DNA of 60,303 nt from an uncultured Bacteroidales bacterium. GTDB lineage: Bacteria > Bacteroidota > Bacteroidia > Bacteroidales > P3. Under the pieces are notes generated by a model. That model saw nothing but the letters and a program-made list of their open reading frames with translations. It was not told the origin of the DNA and did no database searches. A program made the translations under genes and the position numbers. Positions 25,304-35,416 of this stretch are shown here, piece by piece. Each line of letters begins with the position of its first letter. Within the stretch, counting starts at the first letter, position 1. The stretch spans positions 1 through 60,303 of the forward strand of contig CAMYZD010000001.1 of NCBI GenBank assembly GCA_947303735.1. The letters run 5' to 3'.

Positions 25304-26890
25304 TCACTCCACCGCCAACTTTGCCGTGGCTGAGCCCTGCGGGGTGGTGAGCGTGACGAAGTAGACACTCGCCGGCAGGGCGGTGATATCCACTTGCTGG
25401 TTGTCCGACCTTAGCGGTTCACTCAGTACCAGTCTGCCAGCGGCATCGGTGATGGCAATGGTGCCGCCACCGACCGTTGCCAAGCCCTCCGACAAGATGG
25501 TGACGCTTCCATGTGCCGGATTGGGCACGAGGGTTATGCGCAGCCTTCCGCCCAGCTCCTGCATGCCCACCTCACTGGTGTCCGGGTCCTCAAGAGTGAA
25601 CTGCACAGGGTGTCCCCACCTGCCCCACACTAGTGTGTCGTGCAGGGCACACTCGTGGCGGCATCTGGCGCGGAGCGTAATGGTGTATAGGATGCTGTCT
25701 CTCAGCCCTGTCAGGTCGTAAGGGTTGCTGCTGGGCGTAAGGTCGAAAGCGGCAGTGTCGTCCCGTCGCACATGCAGTTGGAAGTCTATCTGCCCCGGCA
25801 CGGTGTCCCATGCCAGCCTCACACCGTGCGGCAGTAGGCTTTCAATGCGCAGTCCCTCCGCCTGGGCGCAACTCATCACGTCGTTTGCCGCGATGCGTAC
25901 GCTGTCGGGCATGCCGTACTGCTTCATCGTTGGGCAGTAGGCACTCACGAAGTAGGTGTACACCACGTCGGGGTCTATGCCGCTGATGCAGTACGAGGTC
26001 GTGCTGATGCTGTCCACCTCCACCACGACCCCCTCGCTGTAAACTCCGCAGCCGTACTTAAACCCGCTGGGTCCGTATTCTAGGTGGTAGAACGCCGCCG
26101 AGTCCACTGGTGGCCACGAAATCCATACCCGCGTGCCGTCCACGCTGTCCACCCGCAACTTTTCCACCTTGGGGCATGCTCTGTGTCGGATGGGGTATAT
26201 GGGTCCGGGCTGGGTAGCAAATTGGAAGCAGGTGTACGCACAATCTACCCAAAAACTTCTACTATACTTCCTGTCACCAGGCCATATCATATGCATATAG
26301 GCATTCCATTCGTCCCCGTGGTCATATTCAACTCCTGCTATTTTCGGCGTGGGGAGAAAACCCCAAGTCACAAATACAGAGTCGTCGGGTCCGAACACAT
26401 GCTCGCGCGAGAACAGCCTTTCATACACCGGCACGGTGTCGTGCATATATAGATAGGGTATGAACGACGTATCTACGGCGTGGTATACAAATTGCTTATA
26501 AGGCATTGCGCAGTCCACTATTATTGAGTCTATAAGGATTGGCACATTGGTGCCGCGTGGCACATTATAGAGATACAGCCCTGTGGGTATCGATTTGTCC
26601 CTGGCAGTCCCTGACTTATGTCTGACCACAGAGTCGGCAGTGAATGCTATTCCGTATATGTGTTCTGTTGAATCCACGGCGAAAATCATTCCATGTTGAA
26701 CGCAATCCTTAGGTCCGGCAAGGATGGTTGTGAAACACAGGGCTGACCCCATGTCGCCACAGGGTGTCAATGGCGGATTAGGTTCGTACCTCACAGCCAT
26801 ATAGTTCGAGTCGCCATAGTTGACCACTTGCCCGTATGTCGGTACCAAAATGCCAAACAAGGCTATAAACAATAAAATAATTTTTTTCAT
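25304..26890 (-). CDS. T9SS-sorted secreted protein with two Fn3-like domains, paralog A
   Basis: 528 aa with a signal peptide. The C-terminal Por_Secre_tail-like segment is LVPNPAHGSVTI...IAITDAAGRLV...SVYFVTLTTPQGSATAKLAVE. It aligns along its length with the 38730-40262 product. Confidence 0.8.
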   Translation of the reverse strand: MKKIILLFIALFGILVPTYGQVVNYGDSNYMAVRYEPNPPLTPCGDMGSALCFTTILAGPKDCVQHGMIFAVDSTEHIYGIAFTADSVVRHKSGTARDKSIPTGLYLYNVPRGTNVPILIDSIIVDCAMPYKQFVYHAVDTSFIPYLYMHDTVPVYERLFSREHVFGPDDSVFVTWGFLPTPKIAGVEYDHGDEWNAYMHMIWPGDRKYSRSFWVDCAYTCFQFATQPGPIYPIRHRACPKVEKLRVDSVDGTRVWISWPPVDSAAFYHLEYGPSGFKYGCGVYSEGVVVEVDSISTTSYCISGIDPDVVYTYFVSAYCPTMKQYGMPDSVRIAANDVMSCAQAEGLRIESLLPHGVRLAWDTVPGQIDFQLHVRRDDTAAFDLTPSSNPYDLTGLRDSILYTITLRARCRHECALHDTLVWGRWGHPVQFTLEDPDTSEVGMQELGGRLRITLVPNPAHGSVTILSEGLATVGGGTIAITDAAGRLVLSEPLRSDNQQVDITALPASVYFVTLTTPQGSATAKLAVE

Positions 26891-26902
26891 ATTATAATCG
26901 TT

Positions 26903-28213
26903 CTAGAAAGACATACAATCAAGTGAATATACCCCCTCCTCTTGAGGCAGTTTGTCAACATGAAATCTTGATAAATACCATAGTTTGACATGATGCATTG
27001 GTGAATCAAGGCTAACTATTTGGTGGAAAAACTCCGCATTCCTTGTCACGATGCAGTTGTTTGGCAGCCATGGGAGTGTCAGTTTCTGAAGCATCCAATG
27101 GTATTTTGTCGACAAGATGAAATAACTGGAATTTCTGAAATCCATGCTACAAATATCATCTCTATTTGTCAGTACCATAACGGTGCCAGAATAGTCGACT
27201 GGTGAGAACGGTAATGTTTGAACAACAAAGTAACCTCCTTCGCTTGCGACAAACGCCATAAGCAATGTATTCCGTGATGGCATATAAACGAGGTCTGTTA
27301 CTGACATTACGTCATCCTGAATCATCTGCCAAGCATCAAAAAAGTCCATATTGGTCAGGTTGAAAAGAAATATCTGAGCTGAACGGTCGGTGCCAGATGG
27401 CTGTTCGTCTACGGGAACCAGGGCAACGGCAATTCTGTCATTATCAAGAGTCTCTGCTATTGGAAGCGACTCTATTCTTGTGGCCCAAAGACCATATTGG
27501 TGGATGGTGTCAATTAGTGTGGAGGCAAATATTCCGTTTTTGTCTCCCCGGCGTATGCAAATCTTGTTAATGTTTGTCATAATTCCCACAAATCCAACGT
27601 AATCCCTAGTGACCACTACATCGGTAAGAGTTTCTATTTGGGACTGTGCGAAGCATTCACGAGAAGTGGCAGAAAAAGTAGAACTTCCTCCATAATTATT
27701 GCATTCAACCATATAGTATTTTTCAATACTGGGCGCTACTGGGTCTATCCTTGTACCGATTGCCGCTATCCCAACGCCGTTCATTCGGGTATTGCGATAG
27801 GCTGCCAGTTTGGTGATTTGGTCTATCTTTTCAATTATTACGACATCAAATGCAATACTGCCAATACCTAACAAATTGTTAATGTTGAAGTATGCTATTA
27901 TGGCATCATTTCCTGCATATCCTCCACAATAGGCAGTGTCACCTACTATTTGTATGTCGTTGATAGTATAATTTGGATAGCCAGGAAGAGATGCGGTTGC
28001 GATGGCTGAATGTACCACGTTTGTTGTCGAGTCAATTAATGAGAATTTGTTTTGGTGAAAGGCGACTGACATGGAAGCTTTCCATGTGCGAACAATTCCG
28101 CACACTTCACCACCTGTTCCAGGGCTAATAATAGCGGTTTCTATTGATGTCTGCCCCTGCAGAACACCATATTGAAAAGCCAATATTAGCAGTATTAGGC
28201 TTTTTTTCTTCAT
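26903..28213 (-). CDS. Hypothetical exported protein (AT-rich orphan), 13 nt upstream of T9SS cargo A
   Basis: 436 aa ORF with the signal peptide MKKKSLILLILAFQYGVLQG. I recognise no motif. It is visibly more AT-rich than its neighbours. Confidence 0.6.
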   Translation of the reverse strand: MKKKSLILLILAFQYGVLQGQTSIETAIISPGTGGEVCGIVRTWKASMSVAFHQNKFSLIDSTTNVVHSAIATASLPGYPNYTINDIQIVGDTAYCGGYAGNDAIIAYFNINNLLGIGSIAFDVVIIEKIDQITKLAAYRNTRMNGVGIAAIGTRIDPVAPSIEKYYMVECNNYGGSSTFSATSRECFAQSQIETLTDVVVTRDYVGFVGIMTNINKICIRRGDKNGIFASTLIDTIHQYGLWATRIESLPIAETLDNDRIAVALVPVDEQPSGTDRSAQIFLFNLTNMDFFDAWQMIQDDVMSVTDLVYMPSRNTLLMAFVASEGGYFVVQTLPFSPVDYSGTVMVLTNRDDICSMDFRNSSYFILSTKYHWMLQKLTLPWLPNNCIVTRNAEFFHQIVSLDSPMHHVKLWYLSRFHVDKLPQEEGVYSLDCMSF

Positions 28214-28219
28214 AATAGG

Positions 28220-28231
28220 TTTTTTTTTTTT
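28220..28231. repeat. Homopolymer T12 (A12 on the coding strand), 7 nt upstream of the ATG at 28213
   Basis: Counted directly: t at 28220, ten t at 28221-28230, t at 28231. Confidence 0.95.
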
Positions 28232-28490
28232 ATTATTCGTGAACTATAATTAACTGATTGAATGCCTTTTATTATGTTTGCGTATATTTGTCGTCAATAT
28301 GATTTTGACGCTGCAAATATACAAAAAAAATTGATAAATGCAAAAAAAATCCTCCCCCGACTTTGTAATCAGGCGGAAGTGGCAGACCCTCATGGTGTTC
28401 AGCTTTTAAAAAATATCATTAAAGTAATCCGCGAGACAAGAAAAGAATCGCCTGCGACATGAGCGTTTTGAGGTCACAGATTGTTGGTCA

Positions 28491-29114
28491 CTAATTCATT
28501 TTTAAATAGACTACTTTCTTCGTCTCAAAATAGGGCTCTTCAAAAAAGTCGGCGATGTCCCAGGTCTGAACCTTTTTCTTAAAGGGAGCCAATTCCTCGG
28601 TCAGGTCGCCCCCCTTGAGATAGAGAATACCGTTGTGTAACTTGTGGTAGTGGATGTCCGACACCTTGCCACGTACCCAGCCGGAGAACTCTGTGAGCGA
28701 TGCAACCGCACGCGACACCACAAAGTCGTAGTCGCCCTTCACCTGCTCGGCACGTATCTGCTCGGCCCGCACGTTTGTCAATCCCAATTGTTCTATCACG
28801 CTCTGCACTACCTTGATTTTCTTTCCGATAGAGTCAATTAGGTAGAAGTTGGAGTGGGGGAACATGATGGCTAGCGGTATGCCGGGGAATCCACCTCCGG
28901 TACCCACATCCAAAATCTCTGCCATTGTCTTGAACGGCTGCACCTTGGCTATGGCGAGGCTGTGTAGCACATGATGCTCGTAGAAGTTGTCCATGTCCTT
29001 ACGCGAGATAACATTTATCTTCGCGTTCCAATCCTCATATAAGGGCTTAAGGGCGGCAAACTGTTCTTGTTGCCGCCCTGTTAGTTCTGGGAAATATTTT
29101 AGAATCAAATCCAT
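28491..29114 (-). CDS. rsmG: 16S rRNA (guanine527-N7)-methyltransferase
   Basis: 207 aa with the SAM motif ILDVGTGGGFPGIPLAI. Confidence 0.9.
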   Translation of the reverse strand: MDLILKYFPELTGRQQEQFAALKPLYEDWNAKINVISRKDMDNFYEHHVLHSLAIAKVQPFKTMAEILDVGTGGGFPGIPLAIMFPHSNFYLIDSIGKKIKVVQSVIEQLGLTNVRAEQIRAEQVKGDYDFVVSRAVASLTEFSGWVRGKVSDIHYHKLHNGILYLKGGDLTEELAPFKKKVQTWDIADFFEEPYFETKKVVYLKMN

Positions 29115-29134
29115 CGTGTCGCTGGAGGCTACGG

Positions 29135-29995
29135 TTAGAGATAAGCCTGCAAGTGCTTGCTCTTGCTGCTTACCCGCAGTCTCTTGATGCCCTTTTCCTT
29201 GATTTGGCGCACACGTTCGCGGGTGAGACCGAACTTCATGGCTATTTCGTCCAGGCTCAGTGCGTGCGGCATACCAATTCCGAAGTACATCTTTATCACC
29301 TCGCGCTCATATTCGGTGAGGGTGGCTAGCGAACGTTCAATCTCCTGTGAAAGCGATTCCTGCATCAGTGCACTGTCGGTGGGTGGGGTGTCTTCATTGG
29401 GCAGCACATCCACAAAGTTGACATCCTCATCGGCCACGAGTGGGGCGTCGATCGAGATGTGGCGTCCCGATATGCCTAAGATGCTCTTAATCTTCTCTTC
29501 GGGAATATCCAGCATATCAGCCAGTTCTTCTTCTGATGGCGGACGCTCCAGCTCCTGCTCCAGTCGGCTGATCTCCTTTTTCAACTTGTTGAGAGCACCC
29601 AACTGGTTAGAGGGTAGACGCACTATACGGGAGTTCTCCGCAATGGCCTGCAGAATCGATTGACGAATCCACCAAACGGCATAAGAGATAAACTTGAATC
29701 CACGGGTCTCGTCGAAACGTTTGGCAGCCTTGATCAAGCCCACATTGCCCTCGTTGATGAGGTCGGGCAGGCTGAGCCCTTGGTTCTGATACTGCTTTGC
29801 AACCGATACCACGAAGCGGAGGTTGGCCTTTGTCAGGCGGTCCAACGCCTCTTGGTCGCCATTCTTAATACGCTGGGCTAGTTGAACTTCCTCTTCAGGG
29901 GTCAACAACTCTTCGCTGCAGATGTCCTGCAGGTACTTGTCGAGCGACTTGATGTCACGGTTGGTGATGGAATGGGTAATTTTTAATTGTCTCAT
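29135..29995 (-). CDS. rpoD: Primary RNA polymerase sigma factor (Bacteroidota sigma-A)
   Basis: 286 aa. Has region 2 [10 protein letters not shown] and region 4.2 [18 protein letters not shown]. Confidence 0.95.
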   Translation of the reverse strand: MRQLKITHSITNRDIKSLDKYLQDICSEELLTPEEEVQLAQRIKNGDQEALDRLTKANLRFVVSVAKQYQNQGLSLPDLINEGNVGLIKAAKRFDETRGFKFISYAVWWIRQSILQAIAENSRIVRLPSNQLGALNKLKKEISRLEQELERPPSEEELADMLDIPEEKIKSILGISGRHISIDAPLVADEDVNFVDVLPNEDTPPTDSALMQESLSQEIERSLATLTEYEREVIKMYFGIGMPHALSLDEIAMKFGLTRERVRQIKEKGIKRLRVSSKSKHLQAYL

Positions 29996-30356
29996 AGCTG
30001 TCCTTTGATTCCTCTATTTCTTTTTTCTAATTCTACATAACGACAAATTGTAAAAAAAGTTTCACGAAAATGAACTTTTTTTTTCATTGTCTTGATTTTT
30101 CTTTTTATTTGATTGAATATATGCTTGTTATATTTTTGCCTATACATCCTTGTTGCTCCGCTTCCATTACAGTGTCTTTTTTAGTTCGTCTATTGGTGTG
30201 TAGAACTCCCATTATTTCCTTCGACTTTTCAGTGTTGAAGAGGTTTGGTCAACGATACTTTGTTCCCCATGGTTGTTCTATAGGTCATCCGATAGAGGTG
30301 TTGGCGATTTTGTTGTATGGAGGGAAATATTTTTTTGCAGTATCATTCATTCTTTG

Positions 30357-30364
30357 TAACTTTG
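30357..30364 (+). promoter_or_regulatory. Candidate -7 box (TAACTTTG) for ribF
   Basis: 20 nt upstream of the ATG at 30384. Confidence 0.45.
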
Positions 30365-30383
30365 CAAGTTCGAATTGTATTTG

Positions 30384-31325
30384 ATGAACATATATAAGTT
30401 AGAAAATATTAGTGAGTTACCATTCTTCACGGCAGTTACCGTGGGCATGTTTGATGGAGTGCATGTAGGTCACAGGCACATCCTTCAGATGCTTGGAAGT
30501 GTGTCGGTCGAGCAGGGATTGCGTCCAGTCGTAGTCACTTTCGACCGCCATCCACGGCAGGTACTCAATGCCGAGAAGGCGGCTTCGTTCCGGGTCAACA
30601 CCAACGAGGAGCGCTATCGGCTGTTGGAAGAGTGTGGGGTGCAGGATGTGGTAGAGATTGCCTTCACCACGTCGATGGCACAGCTGTCGGCGTGCGAGTT
30701 TTTTGAGCAGATACTGCTTCGACGTTTGCGTTGCAAGGCGTTGGTGCTGGGGTACGATAATATGTTTGGCAATCGTCAACGGAATGATTTCGACCGTCTA
30801 CCATCTATGACGAAAGCCCATGGGGTATCTCTTGTGGTCGACACACCCCTCAGAGTCGATGGGGTTGAAGTGAGCTCTACCAAGGTCCGCAAAGCCTTGG
30901 AGGCGGGCGACGTGCGGCGGGCTGCCGTGTTGCTGGGCTATCATTATCGGCTTTGGGGCACTGTGGTAAAGGGCAGGCAGGTGGGGCGTACTTTGGGATT
31001 CCCCACGGCCAACGTCTGTCTCGACGACAGCACCAAAGTGGTGCCCACTGGCGGGGTGTACGCTGTCCGGGTCTTTCTCCCCGATGGGGGCGGAATGAGG
31101 CTGGGCATGGCCAATTTCGGAGCCCAACCCACCTTCGGTCTCGAGAAGACCGTGTTTGAGGTGAATATATTCGACTATGATGGCGACCTCTACGACAAGG
31201 TGCTGACGGTCGAGTTTGTCGACAGAATACGCGATGTGTGTCGTTTTGAGGGAGTGGAACACTTGGTGAAACAGTTGAACGACGACCGCACCGAGGCATT
31301 GAGGATGATGAAGGATCTGAAATAA
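30384..31325 (+). CDS. ribF: Bifunctional riboflavin kinase / FMN adenylyltransferase
   Basis: Has VGMFDGVHVGHRHIL and GFPTAN motifs. I prefer the ATG at 30384 to the TTG at 30375. Confidence 0.92.
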   Translation: MNIYKLENISELPFFTAVTVGMFDGVHVGHRHILQMLGSVSVEQGLRPVVVTFDRHPRQVLNAEKAASFRVNTNEERYRLLEECGVQDVVEIAFTTSMAQLSACEFFEQILLRRLRCKALVLGYDNMFGNRQRNDFDRLPSMTKAHGVSLVVDTPLRVDGVEVSSTKVRKALEAGDVRRAAVLLGYHYRLWGTVVKGRQVGRTLGFPTANVCLDDSTKVVPTGGVYAVRVFLPDGGGMRLGMANFGAQPTFGLEKTVFEVNIFDYDGDLYDKVLTVEFVDRIRDVCRFEGVEHLVKQLNDDRTEALRMMKDLK

Positions 31326-31331
31326 ACTGCT

Positions 31332-31835
31332 ATGCGACAATCGGGTTGGTTTCTCTTCTTGCTACTAATGGCAAACTTGGCTGAGGCACAGCCGGGCAAG
31401 GTATATAAGTCGTTGAAGGAGGTGACCGACCCACACGAGGTTTACGTCCTCCAGTTACGTGGCAAGCGATTGAAGGCCGTCCCTTCCATTGTATACCAGA
31501 TGACCAATCTGTGTGAGTTGGACCTTAGGGGCAATCGTATCTCCCATTTGTCCGACAGCATCGCCCTCCTCACCCAGTTGCAACGGCTGGATTTGAGCCG
31601 CAACCCCCTCATGGACCTACCCCTGTCAATGGCTGAGATGAAGGAGTTGCGCGAGTTGGTGCTTTGGTCAACCTATGTGACCGACCTTCCGCCGTCGTTC
31701 TCTCAGTTGGACGAGAGTCTCGTTGTGTTGGATTTGCGCGACTGCCCACTCACTCTCGACAATCAGGAGGCAATTGAGAACCTGTTGCCATCGGTCAAAA
31801 AGTTGTGGTATTATGCCTGCAATTGTGGCAACTGA
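31332..31835 (+). CDS. Secreted leucine-rich repeat protein
   Basis: 167 aa with a signal peptide. Has LRR units such as LDLRGNRISHLSDSIALLTQLQRLDLSRNPLMDLP. Confidence 0.8.
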   Translation: MRQSGWFLFLLLMANLAEAQPGKVYKSLKEVTDPHEVYVLQLRGKRLKAVPSIVYQMTNLCELDLRGNRISHLSDSIALLTQLQRLDLSRNPLMDLPLSMAEMKELRELVLWSTYVTDLPPSFSQLDESLVVLDLRDCPLTLDNQEAIENLLPSVKKLWYYACNCGN

Positions 31836-31854
31836 AAGAAAAAAGAATAATTAT

Positions 31855-32691
31855 ATGATACAGCCTCAATTACATATTGCATACTTTCAGCAGGCTATTG
31901 CTTGGGAGGATCCCGCTGCCAATTACCAGATGGTGGAAAAGGCTTTTGGCTCTTTGTCATCCAAGATGGATATCCTAGTGGTGCCCGAGACGTTCAATAC
32001 AGGCTTTTCCGATAATATGGCTGCCATGGCCGAGCCTCCCGAGGGCGCAACCCTTGACTTTGCCCGCCGTATGGCCAAGCAGAACGATGCTCTTTTCGTA
32101 GGTACATGGACTGTAAGGCAAAAGGATGGAGGCGTGGTGAACCGGCTGCATTGGGTCTTTCCTGACGGGAACTACGGCTATTACGATAAGGGGCACACCT
32201 TCCGCATGAGCAGTGAGGCAAGCCAGCTGGTCCGAGGCACCCAGAAGGCACTCTTTGAGTGGCGTGGATGGCATATCAAACCGGCGATCTGCTACGACCT
32301 TCGTTTTCCTAGGTGGCTCCGCAACGGTGTGCCTGCCAGCGAGCTGTACAAACTCCCCGGCAACGGAGTAGAACGCCCCAAAGAAGACGTGGCGTTAGAC
32401 TACGACCTCTTGTTGGTCTGTGCCAATTGGCCTGGCTCTCGCCATGAGGCATGGAGCACTCTCTTAAAGGCCCGCGCCATCGAAAACCTCTGTTATGTGG
32501 TCGGGGTGAATAGGGCAGGTGTGGACGGTGTAGGCATACCCTATACCGGCAATTGCGCTGCCATCGACTTTAAGGGAATGGAGTTGAGCTATTGCGAACC
32601 CGAGCAGGCGCAAGTCCAGACCGCCACGCTCGACTTCGAAGCCTTGCAAACCTTCCGTCGGCACTGGCCTTTTTATTTAGATTTTGATTAA
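31855..32691 (+). CDS. Carbon-nitrogen hydrolase family amidohydrolase (YafV/omega-amidase-like)
   Basis: The nitrilase-superfamily Glu (VPETF) and Cys (ICYDLRFP) motifs are present. I start it at ATG 31855; the ORF-track start at 31723 overlaps the LRR gene. Confidence 0.88.
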   Translation: MIQPQLHIAYFQQAIAWEDPAANYQMVEKAFGSLSSKMDILVVPETFNTGFSDNMAAMAEPPEGATLDFARRMAKQNDALFVGTWTVRQKDGGVVNRLHWVFPDGNYGYYDKGHTFRMSSEASQLVRGTQKALFEWRGWHIKPAICYDLRFPRWLRNGVPASELYKLPGNGVERPKEDVALDYDLLLVCANWPGSRHEAWSTLLKARAIENLCYVVGVNRAGVDGVGIPYTGNCAAIDFKGMELSYCEPEQAQVQTATLDFEALQTFRRHWPFYLDFD

Positions 32692-32702
32692 GGATAATAT
32701 AA

Positions 32703-35159
32703 ATGACCATAGAAGACAAACTGGGATTTACCAAGATTCGTGAGTTGGTGGCTGCCGAATGCACCAACGCCTTGGCTCTGCAGATGACTCGCGATATGTC
32801 GTTCTCCAACAGCTACGACCGTGTGGTTCGCGAACTACAGCAGACCGAGGAGTTCCGACAAATTTTGGTGCTGGAAAATAGCTTCCCTTCCCAGGACTTT
32901 ATCGACCTCTCCGAAGAACTCTCCCGACTGCGTATTGCGAATACTGTCATTGAGTTGGAAGCCCTTTTTGACCTCAAATGCTCACTGCATACCATCCAGG
33001 AGTGCCTGCGCTTCCTGCTGCGCGACGACCCCGTGCGCTACCCCATGCTTCACGAGCTGGCCATGCGCGTCGACCTCGATCCCTCTATCTCCAAGTACCT
33101 TAACAAGATTGTTGACGATAAGGGGGAAATCTACGACAATGCCTCCGATACGTTGCTGGACATTCGGCGGCAGATGGCCAAGAAGCGCAACGACGTAGAT
33201 GTCCAGATAAGCCGCCAGCTCGCCCGTGCCAAGCACGAGGGCTGGGCTCCCGAGAATGCCGAGGTGACCATCCGCAATGGACGCCTCGTCATCCCCATGC
33301 TCGACACTCACCGCCGCAAAATCAAGGGTCTCATCCACGACGAGTCCGCCACCCGTCAGACCGCCTACCTCGAGCCTTCGGAGGTGGTGGAACTCAACAA
33401 TGACCTGCGAGAGTTGGAGTTTGCCGAGCGACATGAGATACAGAAGATACTGGCCCGCTTTACCGACATGATACGTCCCCAGCTGGATGCCCTTATCAAT
33501 GCCTATTGGTTTCTGGCACGCATCGACTTCATCCGCGCCAAGGCGCGCTTCGCTCTCACCCTCCATGCCGGGCGTCCGATTGTCGACAGCATCACCAAAA
33601 TCAACTGGCTCGACGCCCGTCATCCCCTGCTCTTCCTCAGCCACAAAGGTGAGGTTGTGCCCTTCGATATCAACCTCAACGACGAGGCTCATATCCTCAT
33701 TGTCTCCGGACCCAATGCCGGTGGCAAGTCGGTATGCTTGAAAGCCGTTGGTCTGATACAATACATGCTGCAGTGTGGGTTACTCGTTCCCTGTCGCGAG
33801 ACCTCCGAGTTTGGTATCTTCGACGACATCTTTATTGATATCGGTGACCAGCAGTCTATTGAGAATGACCTCAGTACCTATACCTCCCACCTGCAGAATA
33901 TGAAGCATCTGCTCGAAACTGCCAATGAGGGAACCTTATTTCTGCTCGACGAACTGGGGGGTGGCACTGAGCCCCGTTCTGGTTGTGCAATTGCCGAGGC
34001 ACTGCTCGAAGAACTTCACCGTCGCCATGCCTTTGGGGTGGTCACCACTCACTATGCCGACCTCAAGTTGCTCGCCGACAAGTGTCCGGGCATCCGCAAT
34101 GGGGCTATGCTTTTCGATACCGAGAAGATGAAACCCCTTTATCGGCTTTCCATCGGGCATCCCGGTAGCTCTTTCGCCTTCGAGATAGCCCAAAGCATCG
34201 GCTTCCCCGAGGATGTCCTTAAGGCAGCAAGCGAGAAGGTGGGCGGTGCGATGCTCAACTTCGAGCACCAACTGCAACAATTAGAGCTCGACAAGCAGGA
34301 AGTTGAGCGTCAGCGCACCGAACTCCAGGTGGCTGACTCTTTTCTCGCCGAAGTCACCTCCAAGTACCAACGTCTCAGTGAGCAACTCGAAGAACGCCGC
34401 CACCAGATTCTCTCCGATGCCCGCAAGGAAGCCCAGCAGATCCTCACCGATGCCAACCGCACGGTCGAGCAGACCATCAGCGAGATACGGTCGGCTCAGG
34501 CCGAGCGCGAGCGTACCCTCCAGTCGCGCGAACGCATGAAGGCGGAGGCTGAGCGTCTTGCTTCGGCTCAGGAACAGCACGACGAGCTTCTCGAGAAAGT
34601 GAAAAAAGGTGCCGGCGTGGCCTCTCTTCCTCGCGGCAATACAGCCACGACCAAGGCTCAGGCTCCCACCGACGACACCTCATCCGACCCCATCGCTGTC
34701 GGCAGCATTGTCCGTATCGATGGGCAGGACACATACGGAGAGGTGGTTGAAATCAAAGGCAAGAAGGCTGTGGTAGAGAGCAACAGCATCCGCATGACCA
34801 TCGCCTTGGCTCGCCTCACGGCCACCAAGAAAAAGGTCATCCCTGTCGACAAGACCAGCCTACAGAACAATCGCTTCCAGTCTATCTACAACGACATCAA
34901 CGAGAAGCGCAAACACTTCAATCCTACCATCGACCTCCGAGGCCAGCGGGCCGACGAGGCAATGGAAAACCTCCAGCACTTCTTGGACGATGCCCAGTTG
35001 CTGAGCGAGAAAGAGCTGCGTATCCTACATGGCAAGGGCTACGGCATTCTCAAACAGATTATCCGAGACTATTTGATGGGCAACCGCGACGTGAAGTCGT
35101 TCCAGTCCGAACGGCTCGAACTAGGCGGCGACGGCATCACCGTGGTACATCTGAAATAA
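32703..35159 (+). CDS. mutS2: Endonuclease MutS2 (MutS domain V plus a C-terminal Smr domain)
   Basis: 818 aa. Has the Walker A motif GPNAGGKS and a C-terminal Smr segment IDLRGQRADEAMENLQHFLDDA...LRILHGKG. Confidence 0.95.
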   Translation: MTIEDKLGFTKIRELVAAECTNALALQMTRDMSFSNSYDRVVRELQQTEEFRQILVLENSFPSQDFIDLSEELSRLRIANTVIELEALFDLKCSLHTIQECLRFLLRDDPVRYPMLHELAMRVDLDPSISKYLNKIVDDKGEIYDNASDTLLDIRRQMAKKRNDVDVQISRQLARAKHEGWAPENAEVTIRNGRLVIPMLDTHRRKIKGLIHDESATRQTAYLEPSEVVELNNDLRELEFAERHEIQKILARFTDMIRPQLDALINAYWFLARIDFIRAKARFALTLHAGRPIVDSITKINWLDARHPLLFLSHKGEVVPFDINLNDEAHILIVSGPNAGGKSVCLKAVGLIQYMLQCGLLVPCRETSEFGIFDDIFIDIGDQQSIENDLSTYTSHLQNMKHLLETANEGTLFLLDELGGGTEPRSGCAIAEALLEELHRRHAFGVVTTHYADLKLLADKCPGIRNGAMLFDTEKMKPLYRLSIGHPGSSFAFEIAQSIGFPEDVLKAASEKVGGAMLNFEHQLQQLELDKQEVERQRTELQVADSFLAEVTSKYQRLSEQLEERRHQILSDARKEAQQILTDANRTVEQTISEIRSAQAERERTLQSRERMKAEAERLASAQEQHDELLEKVKKGAGVASLPRGNTATTKAQAPTDDTSSDPIAVGSIVRIDGQDTYGEVVEIKGKKAVVESNSIRMTIALARLTATKKKVIPVDKTSLQNNRFQSIYNDINEKRKHFNPTIDLRGQRADEAMENLQHFLDDAQLLSEKELRILHGKGYGILKQIIRDYLMGNRDVKSFQSERLELGGDGITVVHLK

Positions 35160-35360
35160 AAGACATGTTGGAGAAATACAATTACATCAGTAATGATAGA
35201 TTTCCCTAAGATTTCCAGATTTCGCAAAGCGGGTAATATACAGCCCCTATTGAGAGCTTGCCTATTCGAGGCTGTTGAAAATTAGTTATATAGGGCATAA
35301 GAGCCATGCCAATTCGGAAAAATACTTTCATTGTAGGGAAAATTATTGAGAAATAAGGTG

Positions 35361-35368
35361 TATTTTTG
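35361..35368 (+). promoter_or_regulatory. Candidate -7 box (TATTTTTG)
   Basis: 49 nt upstream of the ATG at 35417. Confidence 0.4.
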
Positions 35369-35416
35369 CATCGTAAAACTTAAGGCATGAATTATTAATC
35401 AAAAACCCACAATACG

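Noticed and set aside
28262-28462. Small intergenic ORFs: 28262-28462 (66 aa), 30070-30384 (104 aa) and 3802-4041.
   Set aside because: They are AT-rich or low-complexity, Phe/Leu/Cys-rich translations without motifs. They overlap promoter and leader regions of confident genes. I found no supporting signal.
30140-30383. An FMN riboswitch or other leader RNA upstream of ribF in the 388-bp rpoD-ribF intergenic region.
   Set aside because: I could find no FMN-element conserved blocks. FMN riboswitches normally precede ribD/ribB or transporter genes, not ribF. A -7 box sits only 20 nt from the ATG.
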